From positions 124,001-188,000 of the IMG/VR virus record IMGVR_UViG_3300042691_042003: a stretch of DNA of 64,000 nucleotides. One strand, given 5' to 3'. The notes beneath the pieces were generated by a model, which saw only the letters and a list, made by a program, of their open reading frames with translations, was not told where the DNA came from and made no database searches. Below, piece after piece: positions 45,847-55,450 of this stretch (its first letter is position 1; each line of letters starts with the position of its first letter). The position numbers were made by a program, and so were the translations under genes.

Positions 45847-47751
45847 ATGAAATTAAGAAGAGTTAGCTTACGAAGCTCATCAAATATTCTAGCTAAAGGA
45901 TCTACTGCTCAAACGGGATATTTCTTAGGAGCCGGAGGAGACGGGAAGGTTGGATGGGCTTTAGGGTCTTCCGATAGAGCTGCTAATTCTACTCTAACTT
46001 ATGGAGAAGCAAAATTTCTTGCTACGAATGGATTGCTGACTGTCGGTTGTTTTTATAATATTAATTCTATTTTGTCTTATACTGGAAGAGATCCTGATGG
46101 ACAAATAATTAACATATACACGAGAGCGATTAGCTCAACTCAATTTAGTGAAAGCTGTTTTATTACGTTTTGGAATTGTGATTGGCAAGGAGTAGGAGAC
46201 TATACAGGTGCTCAAGGTAATTTTTATTCAACTCAATATCCTCAATGGAGATATGCTAAAGAAGCTCTATATGCTGAGAATGATGTAGTTATACATCGAA
46301 TATCAGAATCTGAACCTTATAGGATGTATATTTTATTAGATTCGGGAAGTCCAGCAGATCCAATAGGTCCTCAAGGTGGTTCTAGATGGAGCCTTCTTTC
46401 TTATTCTGATACTAACGGTTATATTAGAGAAATAAATGAATGTATTTGGAATTGGTCTGATAATAGATTAGAGAGTCGAAAATGTTCGAGAGGAAATGAA
46501 TATACTCTAACTAAAGACGATTGGAAATATAGAGATACAACAACCTATTTCGGTTATTTTATAGATGGTATTTTTGATCCAAACGTTTCAAATCCTATTT
46601 TACTCTTTCCTTGGGGAAGCGATAAACATAAAAACAATAAGATAATCAATTCGATTTTTTCTTCGAATTGTGATGAAGCAGAAGGTAATATTCTAATCAA
46701 CTCATCAAGAATTTATAATAATTATTACAATATCAATAATGCTAATGATACAGATCATTACATAAAAATAAATAATAATTTTTTAAGTGATCGAAGTGAC
46801 ATTACAGAAAATTTTAAAAGGGGATTTGATTATGTTATTACTCCAGAAGTTATTTTTAACGGAGACCTATCAAGAAATAAACTAACGAACGGTAGTTTTA
46901 TAAAAAGATTAGGATGTAATATTTATGGTACAACTACGAATTTTGAAATAACTAAAAATATTTTAGTCGAATCTCAATTAGGAGGTGGTGGAAATAATTA
47001 CGAACAAATATTTAGTGGAAGCTTTTATTTTAAAAATAATGTTTGTAACAAATTTAATTTTCAAGACAACATTCCCTTTCAAAATTCTAATGGAGAAATC
47101 ATGGATTTTGAAATCTCAGATAATGTCTTTAGTTATACTACTGTTGTAAATAATTCTTTTGGTTTAGTATCAATACAACAAAACGAAATAAATTATTCTA
47201 GATTTGAAGGAAATACATTAGGATATAACGGAGTCTCTTTTCTTATTTCTATCAAAAACAATTCCCTGAGCAATTTTTATTTTTACCTTTTTGATTACAA
47301 TAATAAAGACTCAGCATTTACTTTTTCAGATAATATATGTAAAGGAAGATTAGATGAAAACGATCCTACCACTACTTCAACTAAATTTGGAAATATGACA
47401 ATAGGAGGAGGCGTCGAATCTTTCTTTTCCGGTAATGTTCTTGATTCGCAAAGCTATTTTCTTGCAAATACAATTACAAACGATAGCTTAAGAGTAAGAA
47501 ATTGTCATTTTTATCCTTATTCAGGATTATTCGGATGTACATTATATGGAGGAGAAACGGTAATTTCTAATTGTATATTCAATACAACTTTAGATTTAAT
47601 AAATTTTGATGATGATCGAGTAGGTTTATACAATCTCAATTACACTAAAAATTTCTGGGATAATTCAACTAAGTCCTCTCAATTTTTATGGATTGCAAAT
47701 GACACTTCTCCTCTTTATATACAAATATATAACGTTGATGCAATTATATGA
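45847..47751 (+). CDS. Asn-rich right-handed beta-helix protein (paralog 1; probable fibre/adhesin)
   Basis: FWNCDWQGVGDY, FPWG, repeated N..I..N motifs. Confidence 0.65.
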   Translation: MKLRRVSLRSSSNILAKGSTAQTGYFLGAGGDGKVGWALGSSDRAANSTLTYGEAKFLATNGLLTVGCFYNINSILSYTGRDPDGQIINIYTRAISSTQFSESCFITFWNCDWQGVGDYTGAQGNFYSTQYPQWRYAKEALYAENDVVIHRISESEPYRMYILLDSGSPADPIGPQGGSRWSLLSYSDTNGYIREINECIWNWSDNRLESRKCSRGNEYTLTKDDWKYRDTTTYFGYFIDGIFDPNVSNPILLFPWGSDKHKNNKIINSIFSSNCDEAEGNILINSSRIYNNYYNINNANDTDHYIKINNNFLSDRSDITENFKRGFDYVITPEVIFNGDLSRNKLTNGSFIKRLGCNIYGTTTNFEITKNILVESQLGGGGNNYEQIFSGSFYFKNNVCNKFNFQDNIPFQNSNGEIMDFEISDNVFSYTTVVNNSFGLVSIQQNEINYSRFEGNTLGYNGVSFLISIKNNSLSNFYFYLFDYNNKDSAFTFSDNICKGRLDENDPTTTSTKFGNMTIGGGVESFFSGNVLDSQSYFLANTITNDSLRVRNCHFYPYSGLFGCTLYGGETVISNCIFNTTLDLINFDDDRVGLYNLNYTKNFWDNSTKSSQFLWIANDTSPLYIQIYNVDAII

Positions 47752-47765
47752 TTTAATTTTTTTAT

Positions 47766-49550
47766 ATGAGATTCGGTGATGTAAATTTTAATTCTTTTAT
47801 TTTAATAAACGGAGTGACTGGTCCTTCAGGGAGAGGGATAGAATATGGTCCTACTGGAGCTATAAGATTTGGAATTCCTTCTAGTTCAGGAATTACAGGT
47901 TCTACGGGAATTTCTTTCTTCTCTCCTTCTTATAGCGTTTTTAGAAATGCAATACTTACTAGAGATCTTTCTTTTCTAAACAATTACGATGCAATAGGAG
48001 TAAATATGCCTGGTTTTGGAGCAACTTCAAATCTTCAATCTGCGATATTTTTTAATCCTAATTCACAATCAACAAATGTTTGGAAAGGAGTAGGAATATT
48101 TTGGGATGCTGATTTTAATGACATAGGTGATTACACTAACGAACCTTTTATGGGAATTCGATACGGTATGTGGTTTCCTGGAGTCACTGCTGATGCTGAA
48201 ATTTTTCAAAACGGAAATGTTTTTATTTACTCTTCTGGAATTACAGGTCCTTACTTACATTATAAAGTTATAGATAAAACCAATCCTACAGATCCTCCTA
48301 ATGTAGACGATAAAACCTATCAAAAAATAACGATTTCAGACGGAAAAGGCTACATAAAAAATGCTGATCCTATGGAATGGGATTGGGAAAACAATCAGCT
48401 CATTTCTAGAAGCGATCAAATGGGAAATAGTTATCGAATAAGTAAATCCTCTGCTCAATCTTTAGGTTACACAGGATCTCCTATTTTTGGATTTCCATGG
48501 GGATCTGAAAGAGTTTACAATAATAAAATTGAGGGCTCTATTTTTTACTTAGGACATCTCCGAATAGATAATTACGGTTCAACCTCAGTTATGGTTACTA
48601 ATAATGATGTGTCTTCTTCATCTGTAGTAGTATTTAATTCTGAATCCTTTTCTGATTACGATCGAACGATAAAAAACAATATTTTTCAAAATTCAAATCT
48701 TGAATTTAATTCTTATCGATTGGTTGATTTTAATGAAAATGTTTTTATCGATTCCTCGATAGGAAATATAGGAATTACTTACAATCTTTCTTATGCAGGA
48801 CCTACTGCTTCGGTTAATAGAAATTACTTGATTGGATCTACTTTTGGGTCTTTTTCCATTTACTCTCCTTCATTTCAAATATCCGATAATTATCTAAATA
48901 ACTCTACTCTTCAATCTTTTGGGAATAATGTTGATTACGGAAGCAGCTTCTTTAGAAAAAATCTCGTAAACGGATCTTCTTTAAAAGTAGATTACTTATC
49001 CGGTAATGAAGCAAATTTCACATTCGAAAAAAATTATTTTAATCAAACGGTTTTAGGATTCACCGGTCAATTTTCGATAGTCTTTTCGGAAAATTACTTA
49101 AGTGGATCTACTGTAATTAATATGATTAGCGCAAAATCTAGTGAAGTAAAGAGAAATGTATTTGCAGGACTTGTAGAAAATATTGTTCTGACTAATGAAT
49201 CTCGAGCTGATATCCTTATTGAAAATTATTTTGAAAGAGGATCTATTCTGAAAAATTTTGAAATCCAAACTCGATTAGAGAAAAATCATCTCTCTACAGG
49301 AGTTCCTATTATTGCAGAAGATATAGGTGGTGGAAGATACACTACTGTTGATTTAGGAACAATTAGAGGAATTAATTGGAAACCGGGAGCTACAGGAGAT
49401 AAAGCTATTTTTACAACAACTGCTGGCAAATTCTACGTTGAAGAAATATCAAAAGATATTTCTCTAAACGATAAAGATCTTTACTCGAGCTCTATATTTG
49501 AAGATACAAATGCAGAAGAAAATTACTACTTAGGAATAATTAGGATTTAA
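47766..49550 (+). CDS. Beta-helix protein (paralog 2)
   Basis: FWDADFNDIGDY, FPWGSERVYNNKI, repeated F..N...S motifs, GxTG repeats. Confidence 0.65.
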   Translation: MRFGDVNFNSFILINGVTGPSGRGIEYGPTGAIRFGIPSSSGITGSTGISFFSPSYSVFRNAILTRDLSFLNNYDAIGVNMPGFGATSNLQSAIFFNPNSQSTNVWKGVGIFWDADFNDIGDYTNEPFMGIRYGMWFPGVTADAEIFQNGNVFIYSSGITGPYLHYKVIDKTNPTDPPNVDDKTYQKITISDGKGYIKNADPMEWDWENNQLISRSDQMGNSYRISKSSAQSLGYTGSPIFGFPWGSERVYNNKIEGSIFYLGHLRIDNYGSTSVMVTNNDVSSSSVVVFNSESFSDYDRTIKNNIFQNSNLEFNSYRLVDFNENVFIDSSIGNIGITYNLSYAGPTASVNRNYLIGSTFGSFSIYSPSFQISDNYLNNSTLQSFGNNVDYGSSFFRKNLVNGSSLKVDYLSGNEANFTFEKNYFNQTVLGFTGQFSIVFSENYLSGSTVINMISAKSSEVKRNVFAGLVENIVLTNESRADILIENYFERGSILKNFEIQTRLEKNHLSTGVPIIAEDIGGGRYTTVDLGTIRGINWKPGATGDKAIFTTTAGKFYVEEISKDISLNDKDLYSSSIFEDTNAEENYYLGIIRI

Positions 49551-49556
49551 TTTAGA

Positions 49557-51431
49557 ATGAGATACAACAGAATAAATATAACCGACGAAATCCGAGCAAG
49601 AGGAGCAACACCAGTTCCAGGTCAGGTGTTGAGTTTTAATTCAGAAGGCCTACCAATTTTTTTAACTCCTACTGAAAATACCTCTTCACCGACTGCAGCA
49701 CTAACCGATATTACTGCTTCTTTTTACACTCAGATAGTGAATGGAACGATAGGAGGATCGAGCAGATTTTACAGAATAACCAATGGCAATCAGATCAATT
49801 CAATCGTCGATCAGGTTATTGTAACTCATCCTACGTCTACAGGTCTTCTCAATCAAGAAGGACAATTTGGTAGATTTATAAATGCTGATTGGCAAGGAGT
49901 TGGTTCGTATGGAGGTGTCGAATCTCTTACTGGAATTCCTTTCGGATCAAATGCAGGTCTTTGGTCTTCTGGATACGATCCTTACATCTCTCTTGGACAG
50001 GTAGTTATTTACGGATCTACAGGAACTACAGGAGGATTTTTACATTATCAAATGGTTGATGCCGGAAGTCTAAACGGCACACCTCCTTCTGTAAACACTT
50101 CGGCTTACACACTTCTTCCAAAATCTGCTTCGGCAATAGGACAATACGGTTATGTAGAAAAGTGGTATAAGATACGACTAAATAGATATACATACACTCC
50201 TGGTGGAGACAGTCTTATTTTAAGTTCAGTAGAAGATGATCAAGGAAATTCTGTTTCAATTCCTCCTCATCGAGGATGGTTTGTATCATTCAGATCAAGC
50301 TTTGGAATAGACAATTGGTTCGCAGATGGTACAAATACAATCACTCATTTTCCTTGGGGAAGAGAAACCGTTAAGAACAATCGAATAGATGCCTCTTATA
50401 TAGATTTCTTCAACCTCAATTTCGACGCATTCGAATCAAATGAAATTCGTAATTCAGTCATTCATTTTAATACTTCCGTTTTCGCTGCTACAGATTCGGG
50501 AAATAAACTAGAGGCAATAGGTAATACTCTCTACAATTCGACTATTCAGAGCAACACCTTCTTCGAAAAACAAACAGGAGGTAGAAATCGATTCAACAAC
50601 AACGAACTAATCAATTCATCTATAGAGGACTCTTACTTCTTTGGAACCGACTTCAGCGAAAATCAAGTAATAAATAGCACGATAAGAGGACTTACTGGAA
50701 CCTACGACGAAGGATCTCCTGCTCGATCTTCATTTCAAAGAAACACTATAGCAAGCACTACTATAGAGAATCTAGAGCTTATTCCTTATCCAGGAATCAC
50801 TACCGAATTTGTAGATAATCACTTCTACAATTCTGCAATCACTTCGGTTAAGTTAAATCAAACTACATCTCCAGGAATTTCTAAAAATCTTCTACACGAT
50901 TCTCGTTTAGAAACTATACAATTAGAACCAGGTGCAAAAATTTTAAACAATCAACTCTTCTCTGCCACATTATCTTCTCAATTTGATACTACACCCTTAA
51001 TAAGTAACTCATCTATTTCTGAAAATAAACTCTTTCCAGGATCTCTTATCGCTTCATCATTTTCTGATTCAATGTACCTTACTACAATAGAAGGAAATCG
51101 ATTAGATCCTTCTTCATCTATACAAAATGTAACTCGTTCTTCTCCTAATACAGGATCTATCATTATTAAAGATAATATTCTTCATTCAGGATCTGGATTA
51201 TCTAATACAACTATTTCAGATGCCAATTCTTCTTACACGCTACAAAGAACAACATTCTCTCCTCTTGCACTAATAGTAGGTTCTTCTTTAACTGAAACAG
51301 CTTTTTCTTTAGAAGATCTTATTATTAATACAAAATCTCAAGTAGTGTATAAAGGAATAGACGACGGAGATAATCTAGGCTTATATACTCTAAGGATAGA
51401 CGGATCCAATACAGTCATTCGACAGGTATAA
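49557..51431 (+). CDS. Beta-helix protein (paralog 3)
   Basis: FINADWQGVGSY, FPWGRETVKNNRI, repeated N.L..S.I motifs. Confidence 0.65.
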   Translation: MRYNRINITDEIRARGATPVPGQVLSFNSEGLPIFLTPTENTSSPTAALTDITASFYTQIVNGTIGGSSRFYRITNGNQINSIVDQVIVTHPTSTGLLNQEGQFGRFINADWQGVGSYGGVESLTGIPFGSNAGLWSSGYDPYISLGQVVIYGSTGTTGGFLHYQMVDAGSLNGTPPSVNTSAYTLLPKSASAIGQYGYVEKWYKIRLNRYTYTPGGDSLILSSVEDDQGNSVSIPPHRGWFVSFRSSFGIDNWFADGTNTITHFPWGRETVKNNRIDASYIDFFNLNFDAFESNEIRNSVIHFNTSVFAATDSGNKLEAIGNTLYNSTIQSNTFFEKQTGGRNRFNNNELINSSIEDSYFFGTDFSENQVINSTIRGLTGTYDEGSPARSSFQRNTIASTTIENLELIPYPGITTEFVDNHFYNSAITSVKLNQTTSPGISKNLLHDSRLETIQLEPGAKILNNQLFSATLSSQFDTTPLISNSSISENKLFPGSLIASSFSDSMYLTTIEGNRLDPSSSIQNVTRSSPNTGSIIIKDNILHSGSGLSNTTISDANSSYTLQRTTFSPLALIVGSSLTETAFSLEDLIINTKSQVVYKGIDDGDNLGLYTLRIDGSNTVIRQV

Positions 51432-51637
51432 AAGAGTCAAAATCTCTTCAAGTCTTCTGAGCGTAGAAAAGATATATAAAGGTCTGTGTGAAGAGCCCTC
51501 GTGCACACGAGCGTAAGAGTTCCTTCTAAGGGCCTAGATATATAAGTCTTTTCAAATTTAATCAAAGTACTCCAAGATCATCCCAATTTAAGTGTGCGCT
51601 CGCTCTTCGGGTTGATGGGCTCCCTCTCCACTCGTGA

Positions 51638-51720
51638 TGTAATATCCGTGTAATAAATTTGTTAAAAAAGATTTTTTTCTTTTGAAACTTTGTATTATAT
51701 TAGCTATATCAAATTAATAA
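51638..51720 (+). promoter_or_regulatory. Class I bipartite promoter
   Basis: TGTAATA-TCCG-TGTAATA at 51638-51655; TTTGTATTATATTAGCTATATCAAATTAATAA from 51689. Confidence 0.82.
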
Positions 51721-51725
51721 TACTT

Positions 51726-51926
51726 ATGAATCTTACACCTTCTCATGCTACTCTCCAAGATCCATTCTCACCTAAAAGAGAAATCATAACATGTGAAGTT
51801 CTATCGTGGAACACTGAAGAACGAACTCTCTTCGTAATACACACTAACGGTTTCGGTCGTTTTAAAATACATTTCAACGACGTTATCGAATTCACCTTTC
51901 CTACTTGCGTAAACGAAATTGCCTAA
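51726..51926 (+). CDS. Hypothetical early protein
   Basis: ATG 51726 preferred; the TTG at 51690 lies inside the promoter. Confidence 0.6.
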   Translation: MNLTPSHATLQDPFSPKREIITCEVLSWNTEERTLFVIHTNGFGRFKIHFNDVIEFTFPTCVNEIA

Positions 51927-51933
51927 TCAAACT

Positions 51934-52125
51934 ATGAATATCTTACACACTCAGTACCAGTCTCGTACTCTTCCTATCGGTTATTCAGTTTCCGATAATC
52001 TTTCACCTTCTCTCCGTTCCACTATCTGGAAACACGGTAAGAAGTACGCTTACCTTATCAATCCTATGGGTGGGATTAGAAGGGTCTCTTATTCTACACT
52101 CGAAACGATGGTCTACGGTAGATAA
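51934..52125 (+). CDS. Hypothetical early protein
   Basis: ATG 51934, or TTG 51919. Confidence 0.55.
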   Translation: MNILHTQYQSRTLPIGYSVSDNLSPSLRSTIWKHGKKYAYLINPMGGIRRVSYSTLETMVYGR

Positions 52126-52130
52126 TTGAA

Positions 52131-52213
52131 TGTAATATTCATGTAATAAAATCCATAAAATAGATTTTTCTCTTTGCGAATAAGGTATTATATTAGCTAT
52201 ATCAAATTAATAA
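52131..52213 (+). promoter_or_regulatory. Class I bipartite promoter
   Basis: TGTAATA-TTCA-TGTAATA at 52131; GTATTATATTAGCTATATCAAATTAATAA core at the same offset. Confidence 0.8.
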
Positions 52214-52216
52214 TAA

Positions 52217-53290
52217 ATGGAAAAGATTAAAGCAACCAACGCCATTCTTATCAAAGCCAAGAAACGTCACGAGGCTTCTAAATTCGCAAAGCAATGGACC
52301 ATCGATAAGCCTTACGAGAAAGGTTACATATTTAAAGGACTCTTCCGTACCGGTCAACACTGGCTCGTTCAAAAAGGAAAAGAGTACTTCATAGATCCAA
52401 TCAATCAAATGCCGAAAAGCAAACCTCAACCCACGAAAGGAACCCCTTCTATACGTCTCGTTCAAATAGCTGATCTCAACTACGACGAGAACATCTTCAA
52501 ACCACTCAAAACTGGTGATTCCATCGATTACATGTTTTCATCAGACGGTGGAATCTTCCCTGCTACTAACTACATGATTATTGGGGATCCCGGCATTGGT
52601 AAATCTACTCAAACACTCGATATACTCGCTAAGATTAAGCGAAACGATCCTACTAAGAAAGTTCTCTTCATCTCTGGTGAAATGAATGAAATTGATATGT
52701 ATGGCTACGTTAAACGTTATCCGGCTTTCGGTCGAATCCCTACTCTCTTTCTCTGCGATTACCTTGATGAAAATCCGGCTAAGGTACTCGAAGAAACCTT
52801 CAAACAAGGTTGGGATCTAATACTTATCGACTCCTTCATCGAGGTACAAGAATCTATTCAAGCTGCTACCAACATGCCTCGTACAGCTGCTGAAAAATGG
52901 ATGATCGATCTAATGGTTACGAACAACAAAGGAAACAACCGAGAAAAACGTTACACTTCATTCCTTGCAATTCAACAAGTCACGAAAGGGGGTAACTTCG
53001 TCGGATCTAATAAATTGAAACACAACACTACCGGTATGATCGAGCTACGATACTCTTCTGAATTCTCTGGGGATCGTTTTGCTAAGGTAACTAAAAACCG
53101 TAGGGGCTTCAAATACGAGAAAATCTTCTTCTCACTCGACAATCCTAATCAAGTAGAATACGATGAAAAACGTCTACAACGAGATGAAGATATTCGTCAA
53201 CGTCTTCAAAAGGAAAAGGATATTCTCCTTTCCGAAGAAGAAAAATTCAATCAAATCTTTGGTCTTAACACAACAACAGTAGAAGAGTAA
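52217..53290 (+). CDS. RadA/Sms-like RecA-fold ATPase
   Basis: Walker A IGDPGIGKST, LFISGEM, Walker B LILIDS, QVTKGG.FVGS..LKH, KNRRG; no Lon domain. Confidence 0.78.
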   Translation: MEKIKATNAILIKAKKRHEASKFAKQWTIDKPYEKGYIFKGLFRTGQHWLVQKGKEYFIDPINQMPKSKPQPTKGTPSIRLVQIADLNYDENIFKPLKTGDSIDYMFSSDGGIFPATNYMIIGDPGIGKSTQTLDILAKIKRNDPTKKVLFISGEMNEIDMYGYVKRYPAFGRIPTLFLCDYLDENPAKVLEETFKQGWDLILIDSFIEVQESIQAATNMPRTAAEKWMIDLMVTNNKGNNREKRYTSFLAIQQVTKGGNFVGSNKLKHNTTGMIELRYSSEFSGDRFAKVTKNRRGFKYEKIFFSLDNPNQVEYDEKRLQRDEDIRQRLQKEKDILLSEEEKFNQIFGLNTTTVEE

Positions 53291-53291
53291 T

Positions 53292-53591
53292 ATGAACGAT
53301 TTCTTTAACGAAGAGTTTCTCTCAGCCGATGAAGATCCTATTGGTAATGATTTTCTCAGAGAGGTTTATGAAGCCGAACTCGAACAAAGTATGAGATGGT
53401 CTTACTCACGAATTGAAAAGATGGGTATTGACAAATGGTTTCAGATTTTCCCTTTCTCACAAAAGAAGAAGGAACGTATAGTAGAAAACATGATGCTTTG
53501 GTTTGCTCATGAAGATCGAGAAGAATATGAAAAATCTGCTTATCTCAAGTCTGGTCTAGACAAGCTCAAGCAATCACCCGTACAGATGTAA
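53292..53591 (+). CDS. Acidic protein with UVR-like motif
   Basis: HEDREEYEKSAYLK. Confidence 0.6.
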   Translation: MNDFFNEEFLSADEDPIGNDFLREVYEAELEQSMRWSYSRIEKMGIDKWFQIFPFSQKKKERIVENMMLWFAHEDREEYEKSAYLKSGLDKLKQSPVQM

Positions 53592-53669
53592 TATCCGTGT
53601 AATAAATTCATTAAAATAGATTTTTTCTTGCCAGACTTTTGTATTATATTAGCTTTATCAAATTAATAA
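53587..53669 (+). promoter_or_regulatory. Class I bipartite promoter
   Basis: TGTAATA-TCCG-TGTAATA at 53587; TTTGTATTATATTAGC at 53638. Confidence 0.82.
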
Positions 53670-53672
53670 TAA

Positions 53673-53885
53673 ATGGTTCACACTATTAAAGCTACGCAAT
53701 CTCCAACTTTCGAAGAATTCTATTGCATCGACTCTTACAACGAAAGGTCCCTCTATCGAATAAGAAAAATCGAAGGACGATGGTCTCTAACAAAACCAAG
53801 TGCAGGAAAGGAGATCTTCCTCTCATCACACGTCTCAAAGAAACAAGCTACACAAGCTGCCGAATACCACGCTAAAAGTTTTTAA
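53673..53885 (+). CDS. Hypothetical early protein
   Basis: Immediately follows the promoter. Confidence 0.6.
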   Translation: MVHTIKATQSPTFEEFYCIDSYNERSLYRIRKIEGRWSLTKPSAGKEIFLSSHVSKKQATQAAEYHAKSF

Positions 53886-53887
53886 AA

Positions 53888-53947
53888 AAAAGTTAAAATA
53901 AATTTTTTTCTTTGCGAAATTTGTTTTATATTAGCTATATCAAATTA
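53888..53947 (+). promoter_or_regulatory. Class I promoter variant (no TGTAATA box)
   Basis: AAAAGTTAAAATAAATTTTTTTCTTTGCGAAATTTGTTTTATATTAGC; near-identical to 63202-63249. Confidence 0.75.
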
Positions 53948-53965
53948 AAATAAAAAGAACTCACT

Positions 53966-54238
53966 ATGCATGTACAATCTCTTTACGACGAAATCTTCAA
54001 ACCTGAACAAATCCGTCGAGATCAACGTAATCGAATCCGAGAAATCGTCAAAACTAATTCGGCCAATCCTTCAATCGCAATTGGACTCGTCCGAGACTAC
54101 TGTAAAGGCAATTCGAAAGTAGGTTTCATCCGGTTCGATAATCCTACCAACCCTCAAAACATCCTCGTTTTCACCGAAGGAACTACCTACTACTATCGTC
54201 TCACCGAAACGAAACGAATCGAACCAGCAACTCTTTGA
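53966..54238 (+). CDS. Hypothetical early protein
   Basis: Follows the promoter. Confidence 0.6.
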   Translation: MHVQSLYDEIFKPEQIRRDQRNRIREIVKTNSANPSIAIGLVRDYCKGNSKVGFIRFDNPTNPQNILVFTEGTTYYYRLTETKRIEPATL

Positions 54239-54265
54239 AACTCCACTCAAGTAAATACATATAAT
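54237..54265 (+). promoter_or_regulatory. Candidate class II promoter GAAAC-N16-CATATAAT
   Basis: Repeated motif before ATG 54286. Confidence 0.5.
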
Positions 54266-54285
54266 AAATAACTTCTAAAACAATT

Positions 54286-55371
54286 ATGGTTACACAAGCT
54301 CAGTACACTACCTTCAAGGAAGAAAGTCTACAAAATCAACCGATCCGTAAAAACATCCGTCTTACCGATCTTCAATTCGTTACACTCGATTGTGTTGAAT
54401 ACTCTGGTATTAAATTAGGAATCTCCAGAACAGCGCTCAAAGATCTACTCTCTATAGTTGGAATCTCGCTTTCTGGTATGAAAACTCTCGAATCCTCAAT
54501 CGGTGAGGAAGGGGCTAACAAGTTTCTCAATGCTCTAAAGAACGCAATTGGTTCTCACAAATCAGCCGAAGTTACCATCCTAGTAACACCAGATCGAGTA
54601 ATCTCAAGAATGCAAAAGACCGGTAAAATCGATCTTATCTCTGCTCCCACATTCTTCGATACCTTCGAAAGAATCATGAACACTCACTCTCTCGAAATCA
54701 AAGATATGTCCTTCAATAAGCAGAACGGTAATATCCACATCAACACTCACAAGCCGAAAGATCAATTCCAGGTAAATAATTTCAAAGATGAAATCTTTAC
54801 CACTGGTCTCAGTCTAAGTCGTACCATAGAGGGTATACAAGCCGATCCTTTTATGCACCGTCTCGTTTGCACTAATGGTATGGTAACTCGAGCCTTCGAT
54901 GAATCATTTAATCTACGTTCCCTCGAACCTAAGATGTGGAATGACTTCTTCCAACACCTCGAAAGGATCGAAAAATCCGGTTTTGTTCCTTCCAAATTTA
55001 CTGGTAAGGTTAATCAAGCAATGCAAACTCCTGCTTCTCTAGCCGAACTTGAAAGAGCCTCCAATCTCTTACTTAACAATTCCAACCTACCGGAAAACGA
55101 ACTGGAATTCTTCCTTAAGGGACACAAAAACACCTACAATCGATTACACTCTGCCGGTATCGACGAAACTAAATTGTCCACCGATCAGAAACGTAACCTA
55201 CGTACTGGTGTTAAAATGTGGGATCTAATCAATGGAATCACCGATTTCGCAAGTCACAACTACGGTTACGAAAAGAAACAAAATTCTGATCGTCACCTGC
55301 AAGTACAAGCTGGGGATCTACTTGCTAAAGGATTCGATACTCAAAACATCATCCTTAACCAGCCTTTCTAA
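54286..55371 (+). CDS. DUF932/TIGR03299-like phage protein
   Basis: RLVCTNGM; MWDLINGITDFASH. Confidence 0.7.
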   Translation: MVTQAQYTTFKEESLQNQPIRKNIRLTDLQFVTLDCVEYSGIKLGISRTALKDLLSIVGISLSGMKTLESSIGEEGANKFLNALKNAIGSHKSAEVTILVTPDRVISRMQKTGKIDLISAPTFFDTFERIMNTHSLEIKDMSFNKQNGNIHINTHKPKDQFQVNNFKDEIFTTGLSLSRTIEGIQADPFMHRLVCTNGMVTRAFDESFNLRSLEPKMWNDFFQHLERIEKSGFVPSKFTGKVNQAMQTPASLAELERASNLLLNNSNLPENELEFFLKGHKNTYNRLHSAGIDETKLSTDQKRNLRTGVKMWDLINGITDFASHNYGYEKKQNSDRHLQVQAGDLLAKGFDTQNIILNQPF

Positions 55372-55420
55372 CTTTTCCGTGAAGCCACACGTTCTAAACG
55401 TGTTTTAATTTGATCAACAG

Positions 55421-55444
55421 AGGACTCCTACTAGGGGTCCTTTT
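55421..55444 (+). terminator. Intrinsic terminator
   Basis: AGGACTCC-TACTA-GGGGTCCT followed by TTT. Confidence 0.7.
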
Positions 55445-55450
55445 GTTGTC

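Noticed and set aside
52217-53290. Full RadA/Sms ortholog or DnaB helicase
   Set aside because: It lacks the N-terminal C4 zinc finger and Lon-like domain of RadA and the DnaB N-terminal domain, so no gene symbol was given.
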